Assembly (NCBI RefSeq): GCF_026571515.1
Contig: NW_026860638.1
Span: 1-64,000 of the forward strand
Length of the DNA: 64,000 nt
Direction: 5' to 3'
From: Ruditapes philippinarum
Taxonomy: Eukaryota
The notes under the pieces were generated by a model. It was not told where the DNA came from, searched no databases, and saw nothing but the letters and a program-made list of their open reading frames with translations. Below, piece by piece: positions 36,801 through 51,491 of the stretch (position 1 is its first letter; each line of letters begins with the position of its first letter). Made by a program: the position numbers and the translations under genes.

Positions 36801-37090
36801 ACCTACATCAAATGGTACACAAATCTCGGACAAAAATAGTTCCGTCATGTCTAAAAACCTCAGTGAAGTCTCTTTAATGACATAGAAGAGTGTAGTAATA
36901 CGCTGAAAAGATTATTTCAAAATTTGAAACACTCTTGCTGACTTGGATTGAGAGGATGTTATGGTTTATATCAGGATGTGAGGCCGAAAAATCACCTTAG
37001 AATAAACATTAACTTAATAGCTTCATTGAAAATCTTTAGTGTAAAAATTACAGCGAAACGTTCAGTGGGACACATGCCCGTTGAGAACAA

Positions 37091-38425
37091 TTGGGAGCAA
37101 CTTTTACCTATTTCGAATCTCAAGCTGATATTGTTTTTATCGTTAAAATGATTCAGTCAAAATGACAATATATCTGGATTGGCTATGCAGACGTTGAGAC
37201 AGACTTTTTTGGGGTTTCAGAAAGAACTGGTCAACCTTTATATTTCTAGTGTGTATTCAAATCAATTCAATTCAAATCAATTAGTATTATCTGAAATGAT
37301 TGGTGATCATTTAGGAAGTAACATATCGTAGTTTACGTAAAATTAAAGCAGTCATTTGTCCAACAAATTACAATATAAATGAGTTGTATCAGATAACTGT
37401 TGTCATGACAAAATGCTTACAAGTGTTTAAAGTTGTTATATATTATTTTGCTGCCTGATGTGAACACAATTACTGTTCAGTTACTTAAATGTTATCTCAA
37501 ACAATGTACATACAATTTGTTGATATATATTTACAATGGCAATGAAAAGATATGTGTATGAAAAGGACCAGAGCCGAAAGCTATAAAGCTTATAATAGTC
37601 TTCTTTTACATGTGTGTACTTAGCAATAAAACTGTGACAGTATATATTATTATTCGCATGTAAAAAAAGGAATAACTCCAAAATACTTATATGTATATTT
37701 CCTTGAGATAACGATAACAAATCGCCTCAAAAGTTTCATAATATTCTGTTCCATTTTACCGGAAACATTGTATTCTAATTATGTACATTATTCACGACCA
37801 CAAGACTAGGAAAAACACAATATCAACGTTTATAATTTTTATTACAATATTTCATTACATAAAGCTTTTTATTAAATACTTTTTAATAAAATATTGAGTA
37901 ACATTGATGAAATAAATAGCATATTTTCATTTTCAGTGATTTCTTTATACAAAGTTATATATTTTTACTGCAGTGAAAACTGTTTTCCGTACATTCACTG
38001 ATTTCCTTTTCTAGATTTTACCAATGAACAAATTAAATTAATGGGGAAGACTTCCAATTGTATGGTCAAATGTTATGTGCCATTGGAATTGGAAATATTT
38101 GTCTGGAACATGTTTATTATTGAAATATTGAAAGTTAATCGAACAAATAATAGCAAAAAGACATTTTAAGTAATGAACTTTGTCATTAGCGGCAAACAAA
38201 TGTTGCCTTTACAAAATTTTATGTGAAAATTAGTCAATGTAATATGCAAGAAATTTATGTGTATAAATATATATAAAACGTATATTTTCAGAAACTTCGA
38301 GACGAACAACCTAGCGGATAAACATGCCAAAATTACGTTGCAACTGGATTAGAAGATCCTCACGATAAATGGAATGATGTGCTTTGTTAAAACAAATTAA
38401 GATTTATTTATTTAAATAATCGCGG
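37091..38425 (+). pseudogene. C-type lectin pseudogene (paralogue of the downstream genes)
   Basis: 37091-37248 translates LGATFTYFESQADIVF...*QYIWIGYADVETDFFGVSERTGQPLYF followed by GT. 38292-38425 follows ttttcag and gives NF/DEQPSG*TCQNYVATGLEDPHDKWNDVLC*. Same intron position as the intact genes, with stops and a frameshift. Confidence 0.8.
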
Positions 38426-38789
38426 ATGTGAATACCAGAATCTGTATCATTAAAGGCTTACATTAAAAAAAATATTGTCGTTCTATGTTCAGTTTCAATC
38501 ATTGATAATGCTCAACTGCATCATCATAATAAACGTTAATCTTTAAATTTTCTCTTTTTTCATTTTTTTTTTAACTTTTTAGCTTTATATTTTATTTTCA
38601 ATACAAAGATCGAATAAATAACTATTAAACAGAACGAGAGTGTGACTGTAATTGAAAACTTGTTTAAAATTTTTGTCTTTTTCAATTAATAAAAGTAAGT
38701 TTCGTTGGTGCAACAGGTAAAAGAGTAAGAAGACAACGAGTGATCTCTAAGCTTCAATAAAATTTGTCATGGCAAATAGAGCTTCTCTT

Positions 38790-39110
38790 GAATATCCCTC
38801 CAATAGAATATAGCTTTTTTCAAATTAAGCTCCCGAAGAATACCGGAGGTAAGCTTCAGTCGGATATAGCTAACTCCATATAAAGCTAACTCGGAATAAA
38901 GCTATGTTAATAGTTCCTGTCGTAAAAAGGCCCCGTTGAAGATATCTCCTGCCGTATAAAGTATCTCTAAATACATCGTCTGCCGTATAAAGCTTCCTCT
39001 AAATATAACTCCTGCCGTATAATGCTCTCTCCAAAAACAGCTAATGCCGTATGAAGCTCCCTCCAAAGACAGCTCATGCCGTATAATTCTCCCGCCAAGA
39101 CAGCTCCTGG
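38790..39110. repeat. ~30-32-bp minisatellite (tgccgtataaagct...aaatataactcc)
   Basis: Recurrent tgccgtat core at ~38950, 38981, 39013, 39045, 39077. Confidence 0.8.
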
Positions 39111-39424
39111 TGGATTTTTTGTCCTGATAAGACCTAGTCTAAATGAAGGTTATTATTTCCTAATGAGGTAACTAAGATTTTATAAGGAGATTTTTAGTTG
39201 TAATTCTAAGATTAAAGTCCTAAGTCCTACTAAAGAGTTACTTAGACATAGATAGGAGTTAATGAAATCCTAATAAGATTTTTATATTTTCTAGTCAGGA
39301 AGAGTTAACAAAGAAAACTGGTAACTTAGTGTTTGTCGGGAATTAGGCACGTCTGTGACAGAAATCAGACTATTTTATGACAATTATCAGACATTATTTT
39401 ACAGAAATCAGGCATTTTATGACA

Positions 39425-40258
39425 ACACTAGAGCTTGTCACAAGTACCAAAACCCCCGACACGCGCTTGTCAGAAAACATGCTTTTTAGTTAACTATTTG
39501 CACGCACAAGGATGGTGTTGATAGATTGTTTCTATTTTTTATATTATTTTTCCTACATTAAAAATATAAATAAAGTTTGGATTGGAGTTTTCATGACCTT
39601 TTTAAGGGCTATACGTTCTTTCTCCCTGAGATTTCTGCACTTTAACTCAGTGAGATCTATCTACCAACACAGTTTTAAGTTGATACTTTTTATAGTTTTC
39701 AAGTGATGCCCAGGACAAGGTTCAAAGTGTTAAAATTAACAAAGGGTAATAACTCCAAAAATTTGGAAATGATTGTAATGCACTCCTACTTAGTGATATC
39801 TTTCTATTAACAAAATTTTAAGTTGATCACTTTGATAGTTCTCAACTGATGTCCAGGATAAAGTTCAAAGTGTAAAAATGAACAAAGGGCAATAACTCCA
39901 AAAAATGGAAAGGGAGTTTTACCGTTCTTATTCACTGCAGTTCAGCTCAGTGAGATTCATCTATCTACAAAATTTTAAGTTGATATATTTTATAGTTCTC
40001 AAGTTATGTCACGGACAATGTTCAAAATGTAAAAATGAACAAAGGTGAGTAACTCCAAAAAAAGGAAAGGAAGTGTTACGGTTCTAATGTTACTCATTCA
40101 AATGTATCAACCTACACAATTTGTAGTTGATAACTCTTCTGAGTTATGTCACGGACAAGAAATCTGCAACGGACGGACAGACGTACCGACCAGCCAACAG
40201 ACCGACCACAAGCTGACTCCAGTATATCCCTCAAACTTCGTTTGTTGGGGGTATTAAT
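39425..40258 (+). mobile_element. HINE/DINE-1/pearl-like non-autonomous element
   Basis: Starts actagagc. Has ~3.5 internal tandem repeats of ~145-160 bp, a ggac/gacc microsatellite (~40170-40210) and a terminal stem-loop atatccctcaaac-ttc-gtttgttgggggtat. Inserted within the 22-bp satellite. Confidence 0.75.
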
Positions 40259-40912
40259 ATTATATTTCTTTAACAGAAATCAGGCATTTCTTTTGCGAAA
40301 ATCCAATACAGGAAATCATAATTTTTCTTGACAGATTGGCTGAATACAGACATTTCTGAGACGGTAATCAGACATTTTGTTTAGGAAAGAAAACAGGCTT
40401 TCCTTTGAAAGAAATTTTACTATGACGGATTGCTACGTTTTTATGACAGAAAAACGCATTTCTCTGACATCTATGACGGAAATAAAGAATTGTTATCACA
40501 GATCAAAACATTTCGATGCAAATAAGGCATTATAATCATAGAAATCTAGCATTATAATAATAGAAATTAATCATTATTGTAACAGAATTAAGCATTTAAA
40601 TTATAAAAAATAGCCATAATATTTAGAGCAATTAGGCATTTTATTTATAAAAAGTAGGCGTTATTATTATAGAAATTAAGTTTTATGATCTAAATAGAAA
40701 TAAGGCATTATTCTAAAACAAATAAGGCTGTGGAAAAAAATAAACATTTGGCCTTATAGTTATAAACATAGGCATTTCAATAGTAAAAATTAAGCATTAT
40801 AAAAATAGAAATTAAGCTTTATAATAACAGAATCAAGCATTACAATCAATTAAAAAGAAACTTTTACTAGAAATAAAGTAACATAGGATTAGAAATTAGG
40901 TATTGAATTATA

Positions 40913-42412
40913 CAACTAAAAATTTGTTAAGGATCACCTTTTTGACATTGCATGTTTCAGTCCTATTATCATCATACTAAAATCATATTTCCGCTAACGA
41001 TACACCTGTACGGAGACCTCATAATCGTGTACTTAAGTTATCGACTTGTCATGTACACCTTGCACGATTAGCACGTGGAAAAGCATACCCATAGAAATTT
41101 GGTGTTTTATGGCCTTATGCTTTCACTTAAAAACGTGTACAAGCAGCAAGACTTCTCTCATTTTATTGTATAACTGTGTTCGAATTCAACAAACTATGAC
41201 AAATCGACAGGTTTGACGTCGTCTAAGTGAAGATGACATGAACAGGGGTATTGGAATGTTAGAGGCTGGCCGTTCACAAAGTTGCCCATGTCCTTGGGGT
41301 TTCCAAGAGCGTTGGCTCCAGGATGTGGAACCGATTCCAAATGACTGGAAATGTCTTGCAGGGCCATGACAGAGGTCGGAAACGACTCAAGCCCAGAACC
41401 GATTTATTGTCCTTCAGGCCAGGCGCCAACGGTCCTCGAACGCTACGACCTTTTGCAACGACTTCCAGAACGGAACTGGTGTGGGTGTAAGCACAGGTTG
41501 CATGCTGCTAGGTTGAGGTCCTGAAAACCAGCAATTCGCATTCCGTTGACACAACGCCATATTCAAGAGTGTTTGCAATGGGTCCAGACTCATGTCACAT
41601 GGACAGTTAGTGATTGGGCCCTGGTTTTGTGTGGACTTCACGGACAGACGGGCTAGGGTTTGGACGCTTAGCTCCAGCATGCGTTGCAGAACACGACCGA
41701 ATTAGCGGGGGTTCAGTCATGGTGTGGGCGGGAATAAACGCTCAGGGGAAAACGGACCTACACATCATTGAAAACGGTACACTGACGGCAGTAAGTATGT
41801 CAATGAAATCTTGGACGTCCATGTACGCACTTTCGCAGTCGGTCCTGATTTCATTCTTATAGATGTTAACGCCCGTGCACACAGAGCCCACATCACAAAC
41901 CGATATCTTGAGAAGGCAACTATAGCCCCGCATTGATTGGCCAGCGAGGTCCCCGAATTTAAATCCAATTGAGCATGCTTGAGATATGCTGCATAAAGCA
42001 ATTTCTTAAAGCCACGTCCAACCAACAACAGCTCACACAGAAGTTAAGACATGCAATCATAGAGGAATAGGCCCAGATACCGCATCACAAGGCCATTATC
42101 AGCATGCGGCGGCGATGCCAGGTCAAAATTAATGCCCGCAGACATCATACTCGGTATTTAACACCCTACGCCGACCATTTCCTGATTTGCATGTATTTTT
42201 ATTCCACTATGTGATCTCCAAAATGTTGATTTTTTCCAGCTTACTCTTTCCGCGACAGGCACACGTCAAGGAAAACTTCCATTGTCATTATTTTCATAAA
42301 AATCACTTCCTAACTAATATATTTAATTCTTTTTAATCAATTTTCACATTTATTTCAAATACTCAAAAGTAACGCACTGTAGAAAAAGTGATCCTTTACA
42401 AATGTTGAGTAG
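40913..42412 (+). mobile_element. Degenerate Tc1/mariner DNA transposon (1500 bp)
   Basis: TA at 40911-12 and 42413-14. Imperfect ~40-bp TIRs (caactaaaaatttgttaaggatcac / gtgatcctttacaaatgttgagtag). Broken transposase ~41196-42160 with GIGMLEAGRSQ, GGSVMVWAGI, DVNARAHRA, DWPARSPNLNPIEHA. Confidence 0.9.
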
Positions 42413-43523
42413 TAATTAGGAATTGTAATATTAATAGAAAATACGCATAGCAATAATAGAAATTAGGCATTGTAATCATAAATTAAGTATTACAATTATA
42501 GAAATTAGGGAACATAGTAATAAAAATTTCGCATGATAATTATAGAAATCAAGCGTTTTAATATTGATTGTAATTAGGAATTATAATAATAGAACATTAA
42601 TTATAATTTTAAATTGAAATTAGACAATACAAAAATGAAAACTAGGCCTAATAATAATAATAGAAATTAAGCATTGTAATAATAAGCATTATAATAAAAA
42701 AATAAGGCAATATTAAAATAGAAATTATGCATTACAGTATTTGAAATTATGCATCAAAATAATTGGAATTGCATGACTGGTTTAAAATTACGGAATTAAC
42801 TATTTATCCTTCTTTTCCTGCAAAGAAAATGTGGCTTCTAGTGAGTGAAAAATATATTCTTATGAAATATGTTCAATTATTTCGCGTACATAAATGCCTG
42901 AAACCTTCTACCTTGATTACCCGTTCCATTATGCACAAAAACAACATTACAGAATTGTAAAGATAAACAAGTTGTTAACCTACAGCTGAAAGTTTTAAAA
43001 TTCAAGGCTATATGGTTTTTTATGTGTGATGTTTTTTTTTTCAACAGTGTTGCTATTATTGGCTGCATTTCGAGTTTAAATGATTTTCGCACGATGTTGA
43101 TGTAAACAAGGAACTACGGAATCCGGTTTGTGCGCATTGAAAGTTGATTTTCACCATGTAAACGCAACACTCGACAATCAACACGGCATATTGTACAACG
43201 CAAAACATTGAATAACGTCACAGATTACGTGTCATATGGTATGCCCGGAAGGGTTGTATTATGGTAGATTATATCTCAAATACATGTTGGTGTTTTGCTT
43301 TCTCCTTCCATAAGAATTTTGGATAAATACGGTATTCCGATCATTTCAATTTGTGTAAGCTTGAATGTCTGCCAAATTGAAAATAGTTTCAACAACATCA
43401 CATTCGGTGTTGTTGCTAAAGAAAATTCAAAGTTATTTCTGTTCTTCAACCTGTTCGTTATGATAATCACATTAACTTTCAAATCATAGTCTCAAAATAC
43501 TCTTTTTAAAACAAAAATAAAAA

Positions 43524-45268
43524 ATGCTAAAGTTAACAGGATATATAATGCACAATTTGTGTTTTTTATTCTTATGTGTTTTGATGGTAGATTCAATACC
43601 TTTAAGGGGAAGAGTTGATATCATCGAAAAAAGAATTGGTGTGGTTGAATCACGAATGAATTCTGACAATGAACTGGCAAGAGAAATGTTTTTGTCGCTC
43701 CAACAAAATTTTGAGGACCTTAACAGTTCTATGATCAATCTTAAGAATCAAATGTGCCCTATCATGGACCAATGTGGAGTCAAAGAGGATCAGAGTGATT
43801 CTGAAAAAAATGTTGAAATTCTACAGTCAAGTCGAGTAATGATGACCTTAGGACTAAAGAGAGAGAAACAATGGGTACGAGATCAAGTAAAAAAACTTTT
43901 TACTCAGATGGGTGAACATTCCGATCGGTTAGATCAAGTGACAAAAATGGAATCCGATGCTTATATAGAGATTAACAAAGCATGCATGGTTATGAGTTCG
44001 CAGCAGAAAGAAATAGAAGCTCTAAAGGAAACCCGAACTAACCTTTTAAATGCTTTAATTTCTAAAAACGAGGAAAAATATGATTATACATGTCCACCAG
44101 ACTGGAAAAAATATTCATCATTTTGTTATTTGTTTTCCGAAGATATAATGAAATTTGATGAAGCACGTGCTTATTGTAAACTTCTAGGTGCAACTGTGGC
44201 TGATTTTAAGAATCAAGCAGAGAATGATGTTATTGCTGATCTCCCAAAAGTTTTGCGTTTTGCTTGGATTGGTTACTCTGATGAGGAGAAAGAGGGTACT
44301 TGGATCTCAGAAAGAACTGGCCAACCTGCTTCTTTCACGTACGTTAATATGATCTAATCTTAATATATACACAAATCATTAGATAAATCTTATATGACTG
44401 ATATTCATTTTAGTAGTTATACATAACTTTCTTGCTTTCGGTCTGTGTATTTCTACAAGATACAATTATAATAGGTAACGGCGGTGTTAATGACTGGATA
44501 ATTGATACAACCATTAACTTTCCTTTGTAGTAGTATTTTCGATCACGGTAGTCTTGGAAACAGATAACTGCTGTATGTCAAGGTATAAATACCACATCTT
44601 ATCATATTTCGATATTTCTTTGTTTTGAAATATTTTTGATAACCATACAGACTCAAGGTCCCATATTCAATAAAAGTAGAAAACATGTCTTAAGACATAA
44701 CTATGACCTATTATGATACATAGCAGAGACTAGGGCAATGAATAACATTAATTTTTGCATATGTCTAGTACATTTATAGACGGAAAGCCTAACAGAACCG
44801 TATGCTAAAGTTTCATCCTATAATTTAAACAAAAGAAGATTTCATTACGAAAGGCAAAATAGCGTTCTAATTATTTACAAACCAAATGATAAATAGAAAG
44901 ACAAAAACAGGAAAAAACCCAAAGAAGTTGCTACCGATATAAAATACCAGTACACATTATTTATGACTTTAAGTTACTTATTGAGCTTTAAGGTAACACA
45001 CATGATAGTTTATCAATAAAGTATACAGCGCATAATCACTTTATAAAAACATTGGTGATAATACCAAAGAAAATGTGTTTTCATAAATAAATATCATATA
45101 AATGTATATTTCAGAAACTTTGCGGATGGTCAACCTTCCGGAGGAATTCACCAGAATTGTGCCGTATTACATTTCTACAACGGTAAATGGCATGACTGGA
45201 CATGTCACTCCGGCGGAAAGTGGCATGTTGTTTGTAAAAAAGATGCCACCATAGAGTTCAAGTTGTAA
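43524..45268 (+). CDS. Secreted coiled-coil + C-type lectin domain protein A (2 exons, ~322 aa; QPS/WHD)
   Basis: Exons 43524-44338 and 45115-45268 (phase 2). Signal-like N-terminus, heptad-rich stalk, CPPDW..CY, ARAYC, WIGYSD, GQPSGG..QNCA...WHDWTC...VVCK. Confidence 0.9.
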
Positions 45269-45524
45269 ATATCAGTACATCTTTAACTTCAAGGTTGACC
45301 GGGCTTGTTGATCATTATTCATAGTACAATTATTATTGTGTGAATGAATCCTAGTTGATTTACATTTATATTTAGTCTCGCGCAATGTTCTAGCGTACAT
45401 TTCTATTGTACTGTTTGTACTTTTATATGTATGCTTTAAAATCAATTCATCACGTGTGTACGTTCTTTACAGTTGTGGTATTTCTTTTTATAGAGCATGT
45501 CCTTGAACAAGAAACTGACGGAAA

Positions 45525-45562
45525 CACACACACACACACATACGCACACGCACACACACGCG

Positions 45563-45608
<46 letters not shown>
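45525..45608. repeat. Compound (CA)n/(CG)n/(TA)n microsatellite
   Basis: Seen directly. Confidence 0.9.
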
Positions 45609-45609
45609 G

Positions 45610-45687
45610 AAAAATCGGCACGCCGCAGCTGGGACACGAACCACAGGTCTCAGGATTGCCTGTCCAGTATGCTAACCACTACACCAC
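45610..45687 (-). repeat. tRNA-like/SINE-head sequence abutting the gap
   Basis: The - strand reads gtggtgtagtggttagcata...gtggttcgtgtcccagc...ttttt (A box, B box, Pol III terminator-like T run). Confidence 0.5.
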
Positions 45688-45844
45688 NNNNNNNNNNNNN
45701 NNNNNNNNNNNNNNNNNNNNNNNNNNNNNNNNNNNNNNNNNNNNNNNNNNNNNNNNNNNNNNNNNNNNNNNNNNNNNNNNNNNNNNNNNNNNNNNNNNNN
45801 NNNNNNNNNNNNNNNNNNNNNNNNNNNNNNNNNNNNNNNNNNNN
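45688..45844. other. Assembly gap (157 N)
   Basis: Run of N. Confidence 0.99.
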
Positions 45845-47395
45845 TGAAATTTTGAATATTCAAGGAACTTGTTAATATGTTGTGTGTAATTAATATACCA
45901 CTATGAACAGGACTAACATGTATATATTTCTAATAAGATTGTGTTTTTCATACAAAATACAAAAGTGGTATAATTAATTAGTACAGCTGGTTAAAATAAG
46001 TGATTTATAATTATTTTCGAATGTCAGTGTCTTAGTGTTCAGTCAAACCGAGCCTGCAACATTTTAAAATTTTGTGGCGTTGGGCTTTATTTAGGGATTC
46101 TGTTTTTCTCTATCCGTAATATTTTGTTAAGAGCTTTTATTGTGCAGTTAGCTCCTATTGTTCAAATATAGGAAAGTAGTCAGTGTAATCAAATGACCAG
46201 TGAATATCATTCCGCCGAAGCAATAGATCACTTTTAAAGCTTACACATTTTGTTCCGGAAAAAAACGGGACCTCTTCATTCATTGTTAAAAAGGAACGGA
46301 TGAAGAATAAGTTTGGGAGCTTTTTGGCGAGATTTATATACGGCGTTGTAGTGCACTATCTTGTACATACCAAATATATCATATAATGATAAATCACATG
46401 GCCATTGACAAACGTTGGTATGTTGTACCCACATGTGTATATTCATGCTTTCAAGCTTTTCATTCTTTCCTCCGTACTTTCTTCTATTCCTAATATTAGA
46501 ATATAAAATATAATAACAAAAATATATACTAGTAACAAAATCGTTATATATGACAATGCATTACCTTTCTCTAATCCCAGATGTCAAACCTCTGCCAATA
46601 CCCAGTGGCCTAGTGGCCTCTACTCGCATACCTTCAACTCATTCCATAACCTACCTGAATCCACACCCAAATCTAGCTAAAATTCCGCGCTCGGCCATTC
46701 TCTTCTTTAAAGAATACATCCTCTCTGTTCAACAAATTCAATTTTCACTTGAAGCAACACATCTCCAGATTCATGCTTATTTTAATGAACACTTTTAACA
46801 TGTATTTAAAAGAAAATATTGTGGAGTAACCAGGGGGAAGCAAATCACACATTACAAAAAGCACCCACAACCCTCTTAAATTACTTTGGTTAAAAATATT
46901 CAAATATAGCCTTCGTCGCACTAGAAATGCGGTTATAAATACTAAAAATCATTAATTGCACATTACATGTAAATCATTACTTAAACAAGTTTTTTTTTCT
47001 TCTTAAGATCTAAGTACGTTGGGTTTTTTTCGGGTTTGATTTAATAAATATATATGTAATTTATCTGGAAGCCCGGCCCGCAATCTCCATTCACCGCCCT
47101 CTAACAAGTCCATGTCATCAAGGCGCAAAAGCACCCTTCTGCCTACATCTTCCAGTCAATTTTGAATTATACCCATTCCGCATTCAACGAAGCACACGCA
47201 CGACCCTGTCCTTTCGGCTCCGATCCATCCTTGAGCATTGCAAAAACAAATGTACTGCCGATATTGTAAAAAATACCGGTTTGACCATTTAACGTTCTGA
47301 ATACAAACGCTTTAAATAAACGTGCATATGGTGGGCTGCGAACAGAGAACGCTTGCCATATATTGCCGTTAACTAACTGTTTATATGAATAAAGC

Positions 47396-47491
47396 ACCGG
47401 CCTTCGATTAAGCTAAATGATATATACGCTTCTATACAGATCATTGATATGTATATAAGCTTATACCATTTACCTTAATTGAAGGCCGATG
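47396..47491. repeat. Hairpin-forming inverted repeat, probable MITE
   Basis: ccggccttcgattaagctaaatg...catttaccttaattgaaggccga. Absent from the paralogous segment near 56300. Confidence 0.6.
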
Positions 47492-47949
47492 GTTCGTACA
47501 AAACAACCGGCGCCTGCCTCTACTTTTAAACAGAGGAGAAAAAAGCTATAATAGTATCTTAAGTGTGAGTTGGACATTTTATGACTTCATTCAATGATAT
47601 TTCAGTTGTGATAAAGGGACGTGTACTGTTTATTGATTTATCTATTTGTATGAATACTTGCTAGCGTACTGATATATGTAAACATTCCAAAATAGCTAAA
47701 GGATTATTTGAAAACGTTCAAAATACTTACATATTAATATGCATTATTTGTTGCAAAATGTGCTATTCAATATCAAGTTTACCTAACGACAACAGATGTG
47801 TTCTGAAAAACAAAACAGATAGTTTGAGAGAAATGAAAATGATAGATATCAACGCATCAAACATTCACAACCTTAAATATATCATATTGGTTACATGTAC
47901 ATATTTGAGCGTTAACTAAAGAAAATGAAGGTGACATATTTCAGTCTAT

Positions 47950-48305
47950 ATGTATTTTTATTCCACAAATCCAGTAGACCGGACTGTTCCATGGGGCAAC
48001 CTATTTACGATATAAAAGGTAAAGGTCTTGTTTATTATAGTGTCACCCCTACTGAAAGGGCCAGCCATTTTGACTTATGAGACACCTTTTGCTTGCATGC
48101 GATGTACCTCCTACCACTATGCAAGGCGCCAGGCGGATAGAAATAGGTAACCATTCATTTTAACAACCTCGCGGCTCACGAAGCGGCTATTTCGGATCGA
48201 GTCCCACGAGAAACATTCATCCTTCAATAAACGCTCCCCGTGGGGCTCGAACCTTCGACCTCCCGATCCGCAGGCAGATGCCTTAACCACTAGGCCAACG
48301 GTACC
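47950..48305 (-). mobile_element. tRNA-derived SINE
   Basis: Head on the - strand with A box TGGCCTAGTGG and B box GGTTCGAGCCC, continuing into a ~280-bp body. The 3' boundary is approximate. Confidence 0.75.
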
Positions 48306-49120
48306 GATATATATGAGTATAAAGGTCACACGGCATCAATGGCTAACTATTTCATACATAATAATCATACTCATACAAAAATAACCTTTGAAACAGACTA
48401 TTCATTGTAAAATATATACATGTACTTATTTGCAAAATAAGCTTGGAAACAGACTAAACATTTATAAAACTTTACTATTAAACACACAGGGATTGAAAAC
48501 ATCTGCAAAACGTTTGTCTGTATATACCGTAATATATGATTATGAAACAATACACAACTGTTAGGAGATAAAGCTTTTAAGCGGGCAATGCCACCTATAA
48601 TGATTTGATTTTAATTTTGGACTATCAGAACCCCAGCTTGGTGTCAAAATATTGGAGCCAGTATTTATGCAAGTTTTGTTTAAGAATCAATGATAATGTG
48701 GAAATATAGGACCAATGTTTATTGGAACGTATTTCGTGAGATTCCATTGGAACGTATTTTTCTTAAGTTGCACTTGATCCTATGCTTGTATGCCCGACAC
48801 AATGTTACCACATATTTTCATATAAAAATGATCTGAGAGCATAATCGGAAAAGTAGAAAAGCTGCAATGGAAAGTTATGTATCTTTAAAACCGACAAATA
48901 TTTGCCTGGAACATAGTATATGTTTTAAAGAAATATTCAATTATTGCATGATATAATATAAAAATAGCAAATTACGTTTAGAGTAATGGACGCCGCCATT
49001 AGCAGTGATCCAATGTTCCGTAAACACAATGTCAGGTGATGACCTGCTCTGTATATACGTCGGTGAAATGTTTAAATCATTGTTTTGTTTACAAATATAA
49101 TTATATAATATGTATGCTTT

Positions 49121-49260
49121 CAACAACCTGATGGGAAGGAACACGGCAAAATTGCGTTGCAACTGGATAAGAAGGTTCTTACAATAAATGGAATTATGCG
49201 CCTTGTAAAAACATATATAGATTTATTTGTAAAAGAATCGCCGCAACAAATTTGAGGATG
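49121..49260 (+). pseudogene. Orphan C-type lectin last-exon remnant (QPD type)
   Basis: QPDG/QNCVATG*EGSYNKWNYAPCKNIYRFICKR with a frameshift and a stop. Clearly homologous to 38292-38425. Confidence 0.75.
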
Positions 49261-51491
49261 TTAATTCCAGCATCTGTTTATTTAAGGCTTACGTTGCGTC
49301 CTTTATTGGGGTTCGTTATTTCTCTCTATTTTACTAGAGATTATTTAGTATTATACTTATTGGTTTCATTTCAGTGTCTGATTATGCTCACCTGCAAAAC
49401 TAAAATTTGAAATGCTAAGTTTTTTTTTTTAAACTATCGTAGTTGTTGGTGTTTCAGTCAAGAGAGATAAATGATTTCTTCAAAATCTAGAATGTTAATT
49501 GAGTTACTCCCCTTGGCGTGTCAGTAACAAACATGTGAGATTCACTTCTTGAAAATTTCTCGTGTTACACACACCGAATTACACCATTTTAACCACTATC
49601 TCCCCACCACCCACCTGTGGCTACTCATTATTTTTTATTATGTCTCTTTTGCACTTATTCGTATGCTTTGCATGCAACAATTTATACATTTATATGTGTT
49701 ATGGCTTTTGCTCTGTATGCACCACCTTCTATTGTGCATATTGTATATAATGTATATTGACTGGGTTAAGCTTATTTCATTACATTTTTTTATCATTGTG
49801 TAAATAAACTGTTATTTTACTGTTTTACCCAGCCAATTATATAATTCAATTTTGTTGAATCGTCATTTATAGCATTTATAGCTTGAAGTACATGTTTACC
49901 GGTTAATTTCTGCAACAACGTCGTCGAATCAGAAGGTAGAATTCTAGAATCTACAACTAAGTGTTTTATTATACACGCTTCATATGTGAATTGGCATTCG
50001 GATTTTCTTTGACGGATCGTTACATATATTATGACAGAAAGATGCATTTCTTTACGGGAACAATATATTTCTATGACAATCAAACACATCTTTGACGGAA
50101 ATACATGACAAATCAAAATATTTCAATGACAGAAATTACGCTTGATTACATTAATTGGAAATAAATCATCATGATAATAGAAAATAGGCAATATTATAAC
50201 AGAATTAAGGATTGCAATTATAGAAAGTAGGCATCACAGTAATAGAAATTAGGGATTATACTTGTATATAACATTCCATGAAAACAAACGCTTTTCTTCA
50301 GCTTTCGACGTTTTTTTAATAATTATATTATTATTATTTTTAATATTATATAAATAATTTTATTTAGTAATCATTATAGAAATAAAGAATTATAATATTA
50401 ATAAATAAGGCTTTAGAATAATAGAAATTACATTACATTTATAGAAATAAGGCATTATAGTTATAGAAAATAGGCATTATAATAATAGAAATTAGGCATT
50501 ATAGTAGTAGAAATACATGTAGAAATTAGGCACAATAATAACAGAATTAAGAATTACAATCATAGAAATTAGGCATTGAAGTAATAGAATTGAGGCATAA
50601 TTATAAAAGAAATACTAGCCTCATAAGTAAAGACATTATGCATTACAGTAATTTAAATTATGCTTTAAAAGAATTGGAATTGCATGACTGATAAAAAATA
50701 ATCTGCGACTGTTATGAGTAAGGAAAAAAATCAAAAACGTTAAAGATTGTCTTTAAATGCATATACATTTTCTTGTGATTTAAATAATGACACATTTTAA
50801 GTACTTGATATAAGCAGTTCGTATAAAATAACTATGTACACCTTCTACCTTCCTTTATAACCCGTTCCGTTATGCACAAAAACAACAATACCGAATTGTT
50901 AACATAAACACTCAAGGTTCTAAGATAAGCTTTCTTCATCTGAATGTTTTTTCGATAACGTTTTAGAATATTCAAGGCGATTTACGTTTTATATCTGTTC
51001 TCTCTAAATGTGTTGCTATTATTGGCTGCATTTCCTATTTAAATGATTTCCTATGATGTTGATGTAAACAAGAAACTACGGAATCCGGTTTGTGCCGCAG
51101 TGAAAGTTGATTTTTACTATGTAAAAGCGACACTTGACAATCAACACGGCATATGGTACAACGCAAAAAAATGAATAACGTCACAGATTATGTGTCATAT
51201 GATATGCCAGAAAGAGTTGTCTTATAGTAGATTATGTCTCCAATACATGTTGGTGTTTTGCTTTCTCTTTCAATAAGAATTTTGGATAAATACGGTATTC
51301 CGATAATTTCAATTTGTGTTAGATTGAATGTCTGCCAAATTGAAAGTAGTTATAACAATATCATATATATTCGGTGAAGTTGCTAAAGAAAATTCAAAGT
51401 AATTTCTGTTCTTCAACCTGTTCTTTATGATAATTACATTAACTTTCAAATCATAGTTTCAAAATACTCTTTTTTAAAACAAAAATAAAAA

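Noticed and set aside
43524-44357. Single-exon lectin ORFs ending YVNMI / YVDMISS (also 51492-52544)
   Set aside because: The lectin domain is incomplete. A GT donor and a downstream exon supply the missing half.
45406-45875. ORFs with HT/CV/YI runs or X stretches
   Set aside because: Artefacts of microsatellites and the N gap.
48230-48305. Functional tRNA gene (also 22141-22225, 45610-45687)
   Set aside because: A and B boxes are present, but I could not establish a canonical cloverleaf with a clear anticodon, and the 48230 copy continues into a SINE-like body.
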